Origin: Alphaproteobacteria bacterium
Lineage (GTDB): Bacteria; Pseudomonadota; Alphaproteobacteria; UBA8366
Length of the DNA stretch: 64,000 nt
Assembly (NCBI GenBank): GCA_965228425.1
Contig: OZ245815.1
Location: forward strand, 1,090,495 to 1,154,494
Reading direction: 5' to 3'
The notes below the pieces were generated by a model. It made no database searches, was not told where the DNA came from, and saw only the letters and a list, made by a program, of their open reading frames with translations. This document shows, in pieces, positions 55,602-64,000 of this stretch. The position numbers and the translations under genes were made by a program. How positions within the stretch are numbered: the first letter of the stretch is position 1; each line of letters opens with the position of its first letter.

Positions 55602-56213
55602 ATGGCAATGACGGTGACCACGCCGGCGGCCCGGAAGAACAAGCGCATGCTAGGGGTCCTTGTCCTGTTCGTGGCGGGCATGGTCGGCGCGTCCTACGCC
55701 GCGGTCCCGCTGTACAAGATATTTTGCCAGGTCACCGGCTTCGGCGGCACGACGCAGGTCGCCGCCGAGGAAAGCCCGGTCGTCCTCGACCGGAAGATGA
55801 CCGTGCGCTTCGACGCAACGGCGAACGGTGTGCCCTGGACCTTCCAGCCGGTGCAGCGAAAGGTCGATCTCAAGGTCGGCGAGTCTGCCGTCGTCTACTA
55901 TCGCGCGACCAACACGTCGGACCGCGCCGTCGTCGGCACGGCGACATTCAACGTGACGCCGCTCAAAGTCGGCCAGTATTTCAATAAGATCGAGTGTTTC
56001 TGCTTTACCGAACAACGGCTCGAACCGGGCCAATCGGTGGACATGCCCGTCACCTTTTTCGTCGATCCGGAGATTGCACAAGACCGCAATCTGGAAGAGG
56101 TCAAAACGATCACGTTGTCCTATACGTTTTTCCCGGTCGAACAAGAGCCGGAGGTCAAGAAACGGTCGGTGAGCCGACTTGATCGCGCCGATACGGCACA
56201 AGGACTTAACTAA
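55602..56213 (+). CDS. ctaG: Cytochrome c oxidase assembly protein CtaG/Cox11 (copper insertion)
   Basis: 203 aa. YAAVPLYKIFCQVTGFGGTTQ and CFCFTEQRLEPGQ are Cox11 signatures. Confidence 0.92.
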   Translation: MAMTVTTPAARKNKRMLGVLVLFVAGMVGASYAAVPLYKIFCQVTGFGGTTQVAAEESPVVLDRKMTVRFDATANGVPWTFQPVQRKVDLKVGESAVVYYRATNTSDRAVVGTATFNVTPLKVGQYFNKIECFCFTEQRLEPGQSVDMPVTFFVDPEIAQDRNLEEVKTITLSYTFFPVEQEPEVKKRSVSRLDRADTAQGLN

Positions 56214-56265
56214 CCAGCAAGGCCCACGGCGATATCCTGCCGCGGAATGAAGTGGGGAAGAAAGA

Positions 56266-57105
56266 ATGACTGCTGAAGCCCATCACGACGAAGTCAAACA
56301 CGACTACCATCTCGTCGATCCTAGTCCGTGGCCTGCATTGGGCGCTGGGGCGGCGTTTGCGCTGACATTCGGCACCGTGGCGTATATGCACCCCGACATC
56401 TTTGGCGCGGAGGGCGAAGATACCGTCAAGGCGCTTGGGATTTGGGCTTTCATGCCCGGGGTTCTCCTCATTCTGCTGACCATGTGGCTATGGTGGCGGG
56501 ACGTGATCAAGGAAGCGACCCACCAGGGACATCACACGCCGGTGGTGCAGATCGGTATGCGCTATGGCATGACGCTCTTCATCGCGTCCGAGGTGATGTT
56601 TTTCGTCGCCTTCTTCTGGGCCTTCTTCAATTCAAGCCTGTTCCCGAAAGTCGATCCGGCAATCTGGCCGCCTGAGGGCGTGGAGACGTTGCCGACCTTC
56701 GGCGTGCCGTTCATGAACACGCTGATCTTGCTGCTGTCCGGCTGCACCGTCACCTGGGCGCATCATGCGCTGCGGGAAGGCAATCAACGCGCGCTGATCA
56801 CCGGGCTCGGGCTGACCATTGTCCTCGGCGTGATTTTCACCGGCTTCCAGGCCTACGAATATATCCACGCGGCATTCGGATTTTCCGATGGCATCTATTC
56901 GTCGACCTTCTACATGGCGACCGGCTTCCATGGGTTCCACGTGATTATCGGCACCACCTTCCTGATCGTGTGCTGGTTCCGGGCCCGAAAGGGGCATTTC
57001 AAGGCAGACCATCATTTCGGCTTCGAAGCCGCGGCCTGGTATTGGCATTTCGTCGACGTGGTCTGGCTGTTCCTGTTCTGCTGCATCTACTGGTGGGGCA
57101 GCTAA
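56266..57105 (+). CDS. ctaE: Cytochrome c oxidase (aa3) subunit III
   Basis: 279 aa. [29 protein letters not shown] and [12 protein letters not shown] match subunit III. Confidence 0.93.
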   Translation: MTAEAHHDEVKHDYHLVDPSPWPALGAGAAFALTFGTVAYMHPDIFGAEGEDTVKALGIWAFMPGVLLILLTMWLWWRDVIKEATHQGHHTPVVQIGMRYGMTLFIASEVMFFVAFFWAFFNSSLFPKVDPAIWPPEGVETLPTFGVPFMNTLILLLSGCTVTWAHHALREGNQRALITGLGLTIVLGVIFTGFQAYEYIHAAFGFSDGIYSSTFYMATGFHGFHVIIGTTFLIVCWFRARKGHFKADHHFGFEAAAWYWHFVDVVWLFLFCCIYWWGS

Positions 57106-57116
57106 GGGTTCATTGA

Positions 57117-57506
57117 ATGCGGAGAACGACAACTGCCGTTTCTCCGTTTTCCGCCGGTTTGCGATGCCGATGTCCACGATGTGGGATCGGGGAGTTGTTC
57201 GACGGTTTCCTCACGGTGGCCGACAGGTGTCCCGCCTGCGGGCTCGACTTTAGCGTTGCGGATAGCGGCGACGGGCCCGCGGTGTTCATCATCTTCATCG
57301 TCGGCCCGATCGTGACCGGATTTGCTCTGTGGACCGAAATGACGTTCCAGCCGCCGTATTGGGTGCATATCGTTCTATGGGGACCGGCCGTGCTGGCCGG
57401 TTGCCTGCTGCTGTTGCGGCCATTCAAGGCGACGTTGGTGGCGCTGCAGTACCGGCACCGCGCGGGCGATACAGGGCATCACACCTTCCACGACGATGCA
57501 GAATAG
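57117..57506 (+). CDS. DUF983 zinc-ribbon membrane protein
   Basis: 129 aa. The CPRCGIGELF...CPACG zinc ribbon is followed by two hydrophobic helices. This is the usual position after ctaE in alphaproteobacteria. Confidence 0.8.
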   Translation: MRRTTTAVSPFSAGLRCRCPRCGIGELFDGFLTVADRCPACGLDFSVADSGDGPAVFIIFIVGPIVTGFALWTEMTFQPPYWVHIVLWGPAVLAGCLLLLRPFKATLVALQYRHRAGDTGHHTFHDDAE

Positions 57507-57510
57507 GAGC

Positions 57511-58215
57511 ATGACGGTGGGGTTTCGACCGACATTATGGCCGACCTTGTTCACGGTTCCCGCGTTGATCGCGCTGGTCGCCCTTGGGCTCTGGCAGGTC
57601 CAGCGCCTGCATTGGAAGGCGGACCTTATCGAGAAACTGCAGACCCGTTCCACCAGCGCTGCGGTGGCGCCGCCGGGGCCGTCGGACGATTTGACGGCAT
57701 TCGAATTCCAGCGCGTCACGATGACCGGTCGTTTCCGTCATGACAGCGAATTGTACCTGGTAAGCCGTTCGTTGCGCGGCAGTCCGGGGTTACACGTATT
57801 GACGCCGTTCGAACGGGGCGGCGGTTTGCCCGCCGTTATGGTCAACCGGGGTTGGGTGCCGTTCGACAAGCAGGATCCGGCGACGCGTGCCGAAGGTCAG
57901 GTAAAGGATACGGTAACGATCGAAGGCATTGTCCGGTTGCAACGGCCGCCCGGCTGGTTCACCCCCGACGACGATCCGAAAAAGAACAACTGGTTCACCA
58001 TCGACAGCAAGAAGATGTCGCAGGTCACCGGCATACCGTTGGCCAATGGATATTACGTTGTCGCCGACAAGGCGGAGACGTCCGGCGATTTTCCGGTTGG
58101 CCGGCAATGGCGGATGGATATTCGTAACAATCACCTTGAATATGCGATTACGTGGTTCGCGCTTGCCGCCGCCCTTCTTGTCATCTATCTGCTGTACCAT
58201 CGCAATAGATCATAA
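57511..58215 (+). CDS. SURF1-family cytochrome oxidase biogenesis protein
   Basis: Trimmed to ATG 57511 (TAGGAG upstream). LGLWQVQRLHWKADLI, VNRGWVP and NNHLEYAITWFALA match SURF1. Confidence 0.85.
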   Translation: MTVGFRPTLWPTLFTVPALIALVALGLWQVQRLHWKADLIEKLQTRSTSAAVAPPGPSDDLTAFEFQRVTMTGRFRHDSELYLVSRSLRGSPGLHVLTPFERGGGLPAVMVNRGWVPFDKQDPATRAEGQVKDTVTIEGIVRLQRPPGWFTPDDDPKKNNWFTIDSKKMSQVTGIPLANGYYVVADKAETSGDFPVGRQWRMDIRNNHLEYAITWFALAAALLVIYLLYHRNRS

Positions 58216-58245
58216 ACCTCGGCCTCGCCGGCGACCGGAATCTTC

Positions 58246-59751
58246 ATGACAGGTAAGACGACCGCGTATCAGCGTTTGGAAGCGCATTTTCACGACATTT
58301 GCGTTCTGGAAGATACGATCCGTATCCTCCATTGGGATCAGGCTACGAACATGCCGCCGGGCGGCGCAGTCGCGCGGGCCGAACAGTTGTCGCGGCTGGC
58401 GGTGATGCGGCACGACAAACTGACGGATGCCGGCCTTGCCGACGATCTTGCGGCGGCCAGCGCGGCGGCGGATGCGTTGGACCTTTGGCCGACCGCCAAT
58501 CTGCGCGAAATGCGCCGCATCCACAAAAAGGCCGGTGCGGTACCGGCCGATTTGGTCGCTGCCCATAGCCGCGCCTGTTCGCTGTGTGAGATTGCCTGGC
58601 GAAAAGCCCGCCAAGACGATGATTTTTCGGCGATCGTCGAATCGCTCGGCGAATTGCTCGATCTGACCCGCGCCATCGGGGCGGCCCGGGGCGAGGCGCT
58701 GGGATGCTCGATCTACGATGCGCTGCTCCAGGATTACGAACCCGGCGGGTCCAGCGCGTATATCGAGCCCTTGTTTGACGACCTGGCGGCGTTCTTGCCT
58801 GACTTTCTCGACGATGTCTTGGCCCGGCAGGCGGTGACGGGCATGCCGTTACGGCCCGATGGGCCGTTTCCCACGGAGGCGCAACGCGCCTTATGCCGCC
58901 GGATGGCGGAAACGGTTGGACTGGATTTTGATACCGCGCGCGTGGATGAAAGCGCGCATCCGTTTTCCAGCGGCGTGCCCGAGGACTCGCGGATCACCGT
59001 GCGCTACAACGAGGATGATTTCGGCGAAGCGCTAATGGCGGTCCTGCACGAGGCCGGACATGCCATGTACGAGCGCGGCCGTCCCGCAGATTGGCGATAT
59101 CAGCCGGTCGGTCGGGCGCGCGGTATGGTGCTGCACGAAAGCCAATCCCTGTTGTTGGAGATGCAAGCCTGCCGAACGGCGGAATTCTATGACTGGGCGA
59201 CACCGGCTTTGCAGGAGACCTTCGGCGGCGACGGACCGGCTTGGACACGGGAAAACCTGCTGCGATGGGCCACCCGGGTCGAGCGCGGGTTTATCCGGGT
59301 GGATGCCGACGAGGTCACCTATCCGGCGCATGTCATCCTGCGCTACCGATTGGAGAAGGCCATGCTGTCGGGCGATCTGGGATTGTCGGACCTGCCGGCG
59401 GCTTGGAACGACGGCATGGCGGGTTTGTTGGGCGTCGTGCCGCCGGACGACCGGCAAGGCTGCCTGCAGGATATTCACTGGTATGCGGGCGCCTGGGGCT
59501 ATTTCCCGACCTATACGTTGGGTGCGTTGGCCGCGGCGCAGATCTTCCAGGCCGCAACGGCGGCCGATCCGCAGATATTGCCGTCGATCCAACAGGGTGA
59601 TTTCACGCCGTTGATGGGTTGGCTCCGTCGGCATGTCCACGGCCACGGCTCGTGCCATGCGACGGACGATCTGATCCGCAATACGACGGGGGCGCCGCTG
59701 GCCGCGGACGCCTTCAAGGCGCATCTGCGGCGGCGGTATCTCGACGGCTAA
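58246..59751 (+). CDS. M32 carboxypeptidase (Taq-type metallocarboxypeptidase)
   Basis: 501 aa. Motifs: HPFSSG, HEAGHAMYE (HExxH), DRQGCLQDIHW and GYFPTYTLG. Confidence 0.9.
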   Translation: MTGKTTAYQRLEAHFHDICVLEDTIRILHWDQATNMPPGGAVARAEQLSRLAVMRHDKLTDAGLADDLAAASAAADALDLWPTANLREMRRIHKKAGAVPADLVAAHSRACSLCEIAWRKARQDDDFSAIVESLGELLDLTRAIGAARGEALGCSIYDALLQDYEPGGSSAYIEPLFDDLAAFLPDFLDDVLARQAVTGMPLRPDGPFPTEAQRALCRRMAETVGLDFDTARVDESAHPFSSGVPEDSRITVRYNEDDFGEALMAVLHEAGHAMYERGRPADWRYQPVGRARGMVLHESQSLLLEMQACRTAEFYDWATPALQETFGGDGPAWTRENLLRWATRVERGFIRVDADEVTYPAHVILRYRLEKAMLSGDLGLSDLPAAWNDGMAGLLGVVPPDDRQGCLQDIHWYAGAWGYFPTYTLGALAAAQIFQAATAADPQILPSIQQGDFTPLMGWLRRHVHGHGSCHATDDLIRNTTGAPLAADAFKAHLRRRYLDG

Positions 59752-59829
59752 AGACGGAAACCCGCCGCAACTTGCCCCATTTGTGCGGTGAGGCTAGGTT
59801 AGCGCACCGTGTTGGGAGGAAACCAAACA

Positions 59830-61236
59830 GTGCGCTACATCAGCACTCGCGGCGAAGCGCCGATTCTGTCGTTCGACCAGGTATTGCTGGCCGGATTGGC
59901 CGAGGATGGCGGCCTATATGTCCCGGAATCCTGGCCGCAATTTACGGCCGACGACCTCCGGGAAATGCGGGGGCTGACCTATCCCGAACTCGCCATCCGG
60001 GTCATGACGCCGTTCATCGGCGACCGGATCGAACCGGCTGATTTCGCTGCGATCGTGCACGAGACCTATGACGATTTCGGGCACCCGGCCGTCGCGCCGA
60101 TGGTCCAGCTCGGTCCTGATTTCTGGCTTCTCGAATTGTTCCATGGCCCGACGCTGGCGTTCAAGGACGTGGCGATGCAGCTGCTCGGCCGCCTGTTCGA
60201 CCACGTGTTGAGCAAGCGCGGCGAGCGGATCACGATCGTCGGCGCCACCTCGGGCGATACCGGCGCGGCCGCGATCGAGGCGTGCCGGGGCCGTTCGGCG
60301 ATCGAAATCTTCATGCTGTATCCGCATGAACGTGTTTCCGACGTGCAGCGCCGTCAGATGACCACCGTCGATGCGCCGAACGTCCATACGATCGCGGTCG
60401 AGGGCACCTTCGACGACTGCCAGGATTTGATCAAGGCGATGTTCAACGACACGGGCCTGCGCAACGAGTTGAAGCTGTCCGCGGTGAACTCGATCAACTG
60501 GGCGCGCGTGATGGCGCAGATCGTTTATTACTTCCACGCGGCGCTGGCGTTGGGCGCACCCGACCGGACGGTCAATTTCGCCGTCCCGACCGGGAACTTC
60601 GGCAATGTCTATGCAGGGTATGCCGCGCGGGCCATGGGGTTGCCGATCGACAGTTTCGTGGTCGCATCGAACAGCAACGACATCCTGACCCGCTTCTTCG
60701 ACAGCAACGATATGTCGATCTCGGGTGTCGAGCCGACATTGTCGCCCAGCATGGACATCCAGGTGTCGAGCAATTTCGAGCGGCTTCTGTTCGATCTGCT
60801 CGGCCGAGACGGCGATGCGGTCAAACAAGCGATGGCGCAATTCCGGGACAAGGGCGCGCTGCCGCTGGACGCCGCGCAGTGGCAACGTGCGACCGAACTA
60901 TTCACCGGGTACAAGGTCGACGATACGCGGACCAAAAAGGTCATCGCCGAGGTTTTTGCGAAGACCGGCGTTTTGATCGATCCGCATAGCGCGGTCGGTG
61001 TCGATGCCGCGTCCTTCCGGCGGCCCGAGGGCGGCGATCCATTGGTTGCGCTGGCGACGGCACATCCAGCGAAATTCCCCGATGCGGTAGAGGAATCGGC
61101 GGGTGTTCGCCCCGATCTTCCGGCTCGGCTTGCGAACCTGCATGACCGGGACGAGCATATGAAAATCCTCCCGAACAGCCTGGATGCGCTGCGCGAATTC
61201 GTGCGCGAGACGTCCGCGCTGCGAGGCGCCGCATGA
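59830..61236 (+). CDS. thrC: Threonine synthase
   Basis: The GTG at 59830 (GGGAGGA 9 nt upstream) gives the typical N-terminus (M)RYISTRGEAP. FHGPTLAFKDVAMQ is the PLP-Lys region. 468 aa. Confidence 0.92.
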   Translation: MRYISTRGEAPILSFDQVLLAGLAEDGGLYVPESWPQFTADDLREMRGLTYPELAIRVMTPFIGDRIEPADFAAIVHETYDDFGHPAVAPMVQLGPDFWLLELFHGPTLAFKDVAMQLLGRLFDHVLSKRGERITIVGATSGDTGAAAIEACRGRSAIEIFMLYPHERVSDVQRRQMTTVDAPNVHTIAVEGTFDDCQDLIKAMFNDTGLRNELKLSAVNSINWARVMAQIVYYFHAALALGAPDRTVNFAVPTGNFGNVYAGYAARAMGLPIDSFVVASNSNDILTRFFDSNDMSISGVEPTLSPSMDIQVSSNFERLLFDLLGRDGDAVKQAMAQFRDKGALPLDAAQWQRATELFTGYKVDDTRTKKVIAEVFAKTGVLIDPHSAVGVDAASFRRPEGGDPLVALATAHPAKFPDAVEESAGVRPDLPARLANLHDRDEHMKILPNSLDALREFVRETSALRGAA

Positions 61237-62492
61237 CGGTCGCTCTGACCACCTTGAACAATGGCTTCCGCATCGTCAGCCACAATATGCCGTCGGTCGA
61301 ATCCGCTTCGGTGGGCGTTTGGGTCGGTGCCGGGACGCGCAATGAACCCGCCGAGGTCAACGGCGTCGCCCATCTCTTGGAGCATATGGCCTTCAAGGGA
61401 ACACGGCGCCGCAGCGCTGCCGACATCGCGGAGGAGATCGAGACCGTCGGCGGTCATTTGAACGCCTATACCAGCCGCGAGAGCACGGTTTACTACGCCA
61501 AGGTGTTGAAGGACGATGTCCCGTTGGCGCTGGACATCCTGGCCGACATCTTGATGAACGCGACCTTCGACGACGAGGAACTGAAGCGCGAACGCGCGGT
61601 CATCTTGCAGGAAATCGGGCAGGCCCATGACACGCCGGACGACCTGATCTTCGATAACTTTCAATCGACCGCCTATCCGGACCAACCGCTCGGCCGTCCG
61701 GTGCTCGGCAGTGCAGACGTCGTGCGGGCCATGCCGCGCGAAACCATCATGGAATACATGCGTCAGGCCTATGCGAGCGACCGGATGGTGCTGGCGGCGG
61801 CGGGCCGCGTCGATCATGACGCACTGGTCGAATTCGCGGATCAGCATTTCAGCGGCCTGCAGTCCGACGGCAGCTTGGTGTCGGCGCCAGCGCACTATTC
61901 GGGGGGCGAGCAACGGGACGACCGCGACCTCGAGCAACTCCATATGGTGTTAGGCTTCCCGGGCGTTTCATACGGCGATGAAGACTTCTACGCGGCGACG
62001 ATCTTGTCCACGCTGTTCGGCGGCGGCATGTCGTCGCGTCTGTTCCAGGAAATTCGAGAGAAGCGCGGCCTCGTTTATTCGATCTATTCCTTCGCGTCCT
62101 ATTATTCCGATGGCGGTCTGTTCGGCATTTACGCCGGTACTGGCGACGCCGAAGCCGGGTCCCTGATGCAATCGGTCTGCGAGGAAATCGTCCGCCTGCC
62201 GGGCACGATCCACGAAGACGAGGTCATCCGTGCACGCAACCAACTCAAGGCCGGTACGCTGATGTCGCTGGAATCGACCGGCTCGCGGTGTGACCAGCTC
62301 GGTCAGCAGACACTCGCGTTCGGTGCGCCGGTCTCATTGGAAGAACAAGTCCGGCGCATCGAGGCGGTGGATGCGGCCGCGGTTGCGCAGTTTGCGCGCC
62401 GGACCTTTACCGGACGCCCGACAATCGCGGCGATCGGGCCCTCGAAACAGTTGCCCGGGCTCGACGGCATTACCGGCATGCTGGCCATTTAG
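61233..62492 (+). CDS. M16-family (pitrilysin / mitochondrial-processing-peptidase-like) zinc peptidase
   Basis: The start overlaps the thrC stop (ATGA). 419 aa. GVAHLLEHMAFKGT is the HxxEH motif. Confidence 0.88.
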   Translation: MTVALTTLNNGFRIVSHNMPSVESASVGVWVGAGTRNEPAEVNGVAHLLEHMAFKGTRRRSAADIAEEIETVGGHLNAYTSRESTVYYAKVLKDDVPLALDILADILMNATFDDEELKRERAVILQEIGQAHDTPDDLIFDNFQSTAYPDQPLGRPVLGSADVVRAMPRETIMEYMRQAYASDRMVLAAAGRVDHDALVEFADQHFSGLQSDGSLVSAPAHYSGGEQRDDRDLEQLHMVLGFPGVSYGDEDFYAATILSTLFGGGMSSRLFQEIREKRGLVYSIYSFASYYSDGGLFGIYAGTGDAEAGSLMQSVCEEIVRLPGTIHEDEVIRARNQLKAGTLMSLESTGSRCDQLGQQTLAFGAPVSLEEQVRRIEAVDAAAVAQFARRTFTGRPTIAAIGPSKQLPGLDGITGMLAI

Positions 62493-62517
62493 CGGTGCGA
62501 AGGTCGGGGGCGGCGGC

Positions 62518-63126
62518 ATGTTCGGAATTTTCTCTGGTCGGATGCCTACGGTCCGGATCGACGGCAGTCGGGTTTACGTGCGTCCGCCGAAGAAGCGCGA
62601 TAGCGCTGAATGGGTTCATCTGCGGCAACTGAGCCGTGATTTCCTGGTGCCCTGGGAACCCGCCTGGCCCACGGATGCGGCGACGCCGGCGGCTTTTAAT
62701 CGGCGTTACCGGCGGTTCTGTCTCGATTGGCAGAGCCGGACGGGATTTGCTTTCTTCATCTTCGAGCAGTCCAGCGATGCGCTGACCGGCGGCATCACGC
62801 TGTCGAATGTCCGGCGTGGCGTCGCGCAATGCGGCAGCATCGGGTATTGGATGGGTGAACCTTTTGCCGGCCAGGGATTTATGACCGAGGCGGTGGCGCT
62901 CGTATTGTCCTTCTCTTTCGATACTTTGGGATTGCATCGCGTGGAGGCGGCATGCTTGCCGCATAACGACGCAAGCCGGCATCTGCTACTGAAAACCGGG
63001 TTCCAGGAGGAAGGCATCGCGCGCCGTTATCTCCGTATCAACGGACGATGGCAGGATCACGTGACCCATGCGATCCTGCGCGACGATTTTAAGAATTCGA
63101 ACGGGCGGATGCCCAACGTACCGTAG
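62518..63126 (+). CDS. GNAT N-acetyltransferase, RimJ/RimL-like
   Basis: ORF 62290..63126 trimmed to ATG 62518 (202 aa). GYWMGEPFAGQGFMTEAVALVL...LGLHRVEAACLPHNDASRHLLLKTGFQEEG is typical for the ribosomal-protein N-acetyltransferase subgroup. Confidence 0.82.
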   Translation: MFGIFSGRMPTVRIDGSRVYVRPPKKRDSAEWVHLRQLSRDFLVPWEPAWPTDAATPAAFNRRYRRFCLDWQSRTGFAFFIFEQSSDALTGGITLSNVRRGVAQCGSIGYWMGEPFAGQGFMTEAVALVLSFSFDTLGLHRVEAACLPHNDASRHLLLKTGFQEEGIARRYLRINGRWQDHVTHAILRDDFKNSNGRMPNVP

Positions 63127-63128
63127 CC

Positions 63129-63734
63129 TCAGGCGTGTCCGGCATCGCCGGACAGAAGCGCCGGGTCGAAACCGATCTTTCCGATCGCCCGCTCCCATTT
63201 CGTGCCCAGCTCGCCGTCGAACAGCAATGTGTCGTCCGACGGCACGTGCAGCCAGGCATTCTGCTGAATTTCTCCGTCCAGCTGGCCGGGCCCCCATCCG
63301 GCATACCCGAGGGCGAGAATAGAATGGCGCGGGCCCCGTTTCTCGGCGATGTCCTTCAGGATATCCACGGTCGCCGTAAGACCAATCAGCGGGTCGACCT
63401 TGATCGTGCCGCTCTTTTCATAATCCGCCGAGTGCAAGACGAATCCGCGCCCTGTCTCGACCGGGCCGCCGAAAAAGACCGGCAGGCTGGGCGCGGAGGT
63501 CTCGGTGTCGATGTTCAATTGCTCCAGCAACTCCGGAAAGGAAATGCCGTCGATCTGCCTGTTGACGACCAGCCCCATAGCCCCTTCGGCATTGTGGACA
63601 CACATGTAGATGACCGATTTTTCGAACCGGGGGTCGCGCATGTTGGGCATGGCGATCAACAGATGGCCGGTCAAATAACCGCCATCCGAAGCACCCGGCG
63701 TTTCATCGAAAACATCCATCGGGCAACCCGTCAC
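63129..63734 (-). CDS. YqgE/AlgH-family (UPF0301) protein
   Basis: 201 aa. GHLLIAMPNMRDPRFEKSVIYMCVHNAEGAMGLVVNR is the family signature. GTG 63734 or ATG 63719 is the start. Confidence 0.88.
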   Translation of the reverse strand: MTGCPMDVFDETPGASDGGYLTGHLLIAMPNMRDPRFEKSVIYMCVHNAEGAMGLVVNRQIDGISFPELLEQLNIDTETSAPSLPVFFGGPVETGRGFVLHSADYEKSGTIKVDPLIGLTATVDILKDIAEKRGPRHSILALGYAGWGPGQLDGEIQQNAWLHVPSDDTLLFDGELGTKWERAIGKIGFDPALLSGDAGHA

Positions 63735-63941
63735 CGCGTTCGCTGCTCAAAGACACCCTATATTAAGGGCTGATTCGCCGGTTTTGAACCCAAAGGCGGA
63801 CTAAGACCATCGAACGCGGACCGTCCCCTAGCGGATACGCACGTAAAATTGAGGGGATTCCTCTGCCGGTCGAGACTATATTCACCATCAGGGCACGGTG
63901 CTGATGGGCATGCGCAACAATATGGTTAATAAAGGATTAAC

Positions 63942-64000
63942 GTGATCTACCGACTCGCGATTCGCATCGGCGCCGTGGTTGCGCTGGTAGCCTCATTGAT
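63942..64000 (+). CDS. Possible 5' end of a gene running off the right edge (hydrophobic N-terminus)
   Basis: GTG 63942 is preceded by AAAGGA. The 19 visible codons read VIYRLAIRIGAVVALVASL, which looks like a signal or TM segment. This is too short to judge. Confidence 0.25.
   Translation, partial: MIYRLAIRIGAVVALVASL

Noticed and set aside
55427-55681. 84-aa minus-strand ORF listed in the track across the ctaB-ctaG junction
   Set aside because: It overlaps the start of ctaG and is antisense to a tightly fitting 50-codon plus-strand ORF in an all-plus-strand operon. Its hydrophobicity is a mirror effect of the sense-strand TM segments.

Overview
This is a high-GC, densely coding chromosomal window, almost certainly from an alphaproteobacterium. 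Supporting synteny: an aa3 oxidase cluster (ctaC-ctaD-ctaB-small ORF-ctaG-ctaE-DUF983-SURF1), ubiA-rsmE-gshA with a plant/alpha-type gshA, and thrC followed by an M16 peptidase and a RimJ-like GNAT. I support about 60 protein genes. I saw no rRNA, tRNA, CRISPR array, transposase, integrase or phage gene, and nothing that looks like a defence island. Housekeeping genes include prfC, pmbA and tldD (about 30 kb apart), leuA, ubiD, ubiA, rsmE, gshA, thrC, a short cyanide-insensitive-type cytochrome bd, and the aa3 oxidase. Accessory-looking content: three acyl-CoA modules; a split AcnX dehydratase divergent from a PLP dehydratase; an exported creatininase-fold protein coupled to a fatty-acid-hydroxylase-family protein; an SDR coupled to a GT4 glycosyltransferase; an orphan AceE-like E1 with a divergent Lrp regulator; a DUF427/TauD/SnoaL group; a TPR plus glycosyltransferase-like protein next to a small 2OG-Fe(II) oxygenase; an orphan hybrid histidine kinase; and a GGCT-like protein coupled to PPK2. 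The most interesting item is the DUF427 gene at 22294-22734. It carries a single in-frame TGA at the codon where the family has a conserved Cys, the frame stays open and family-like for 67 more codons, and a perfect 7-bp hairpin starts 19 nt downstream. It is therefore either a candidate selenoprotein, a fresh nonsense mutation or a sequencing error. Second is the 2OG-oxygenase plus TPR-glycosyltransferase-like pair. Three coding regions are absent from the ORF track: a DUF3047-like gene running off the left edge, a 34-codon DUF2474-like ORF after cydB, and a 50-codon membrane ORF between ctaB and ctaG. Limits: everything was done by eye. Family names come from remembered motifs, not searches. 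Start codons were chosen from RBS and homology logic. Many long ORFs in the track are antisense or out-of-frame shadows typical of high-GC DNA.
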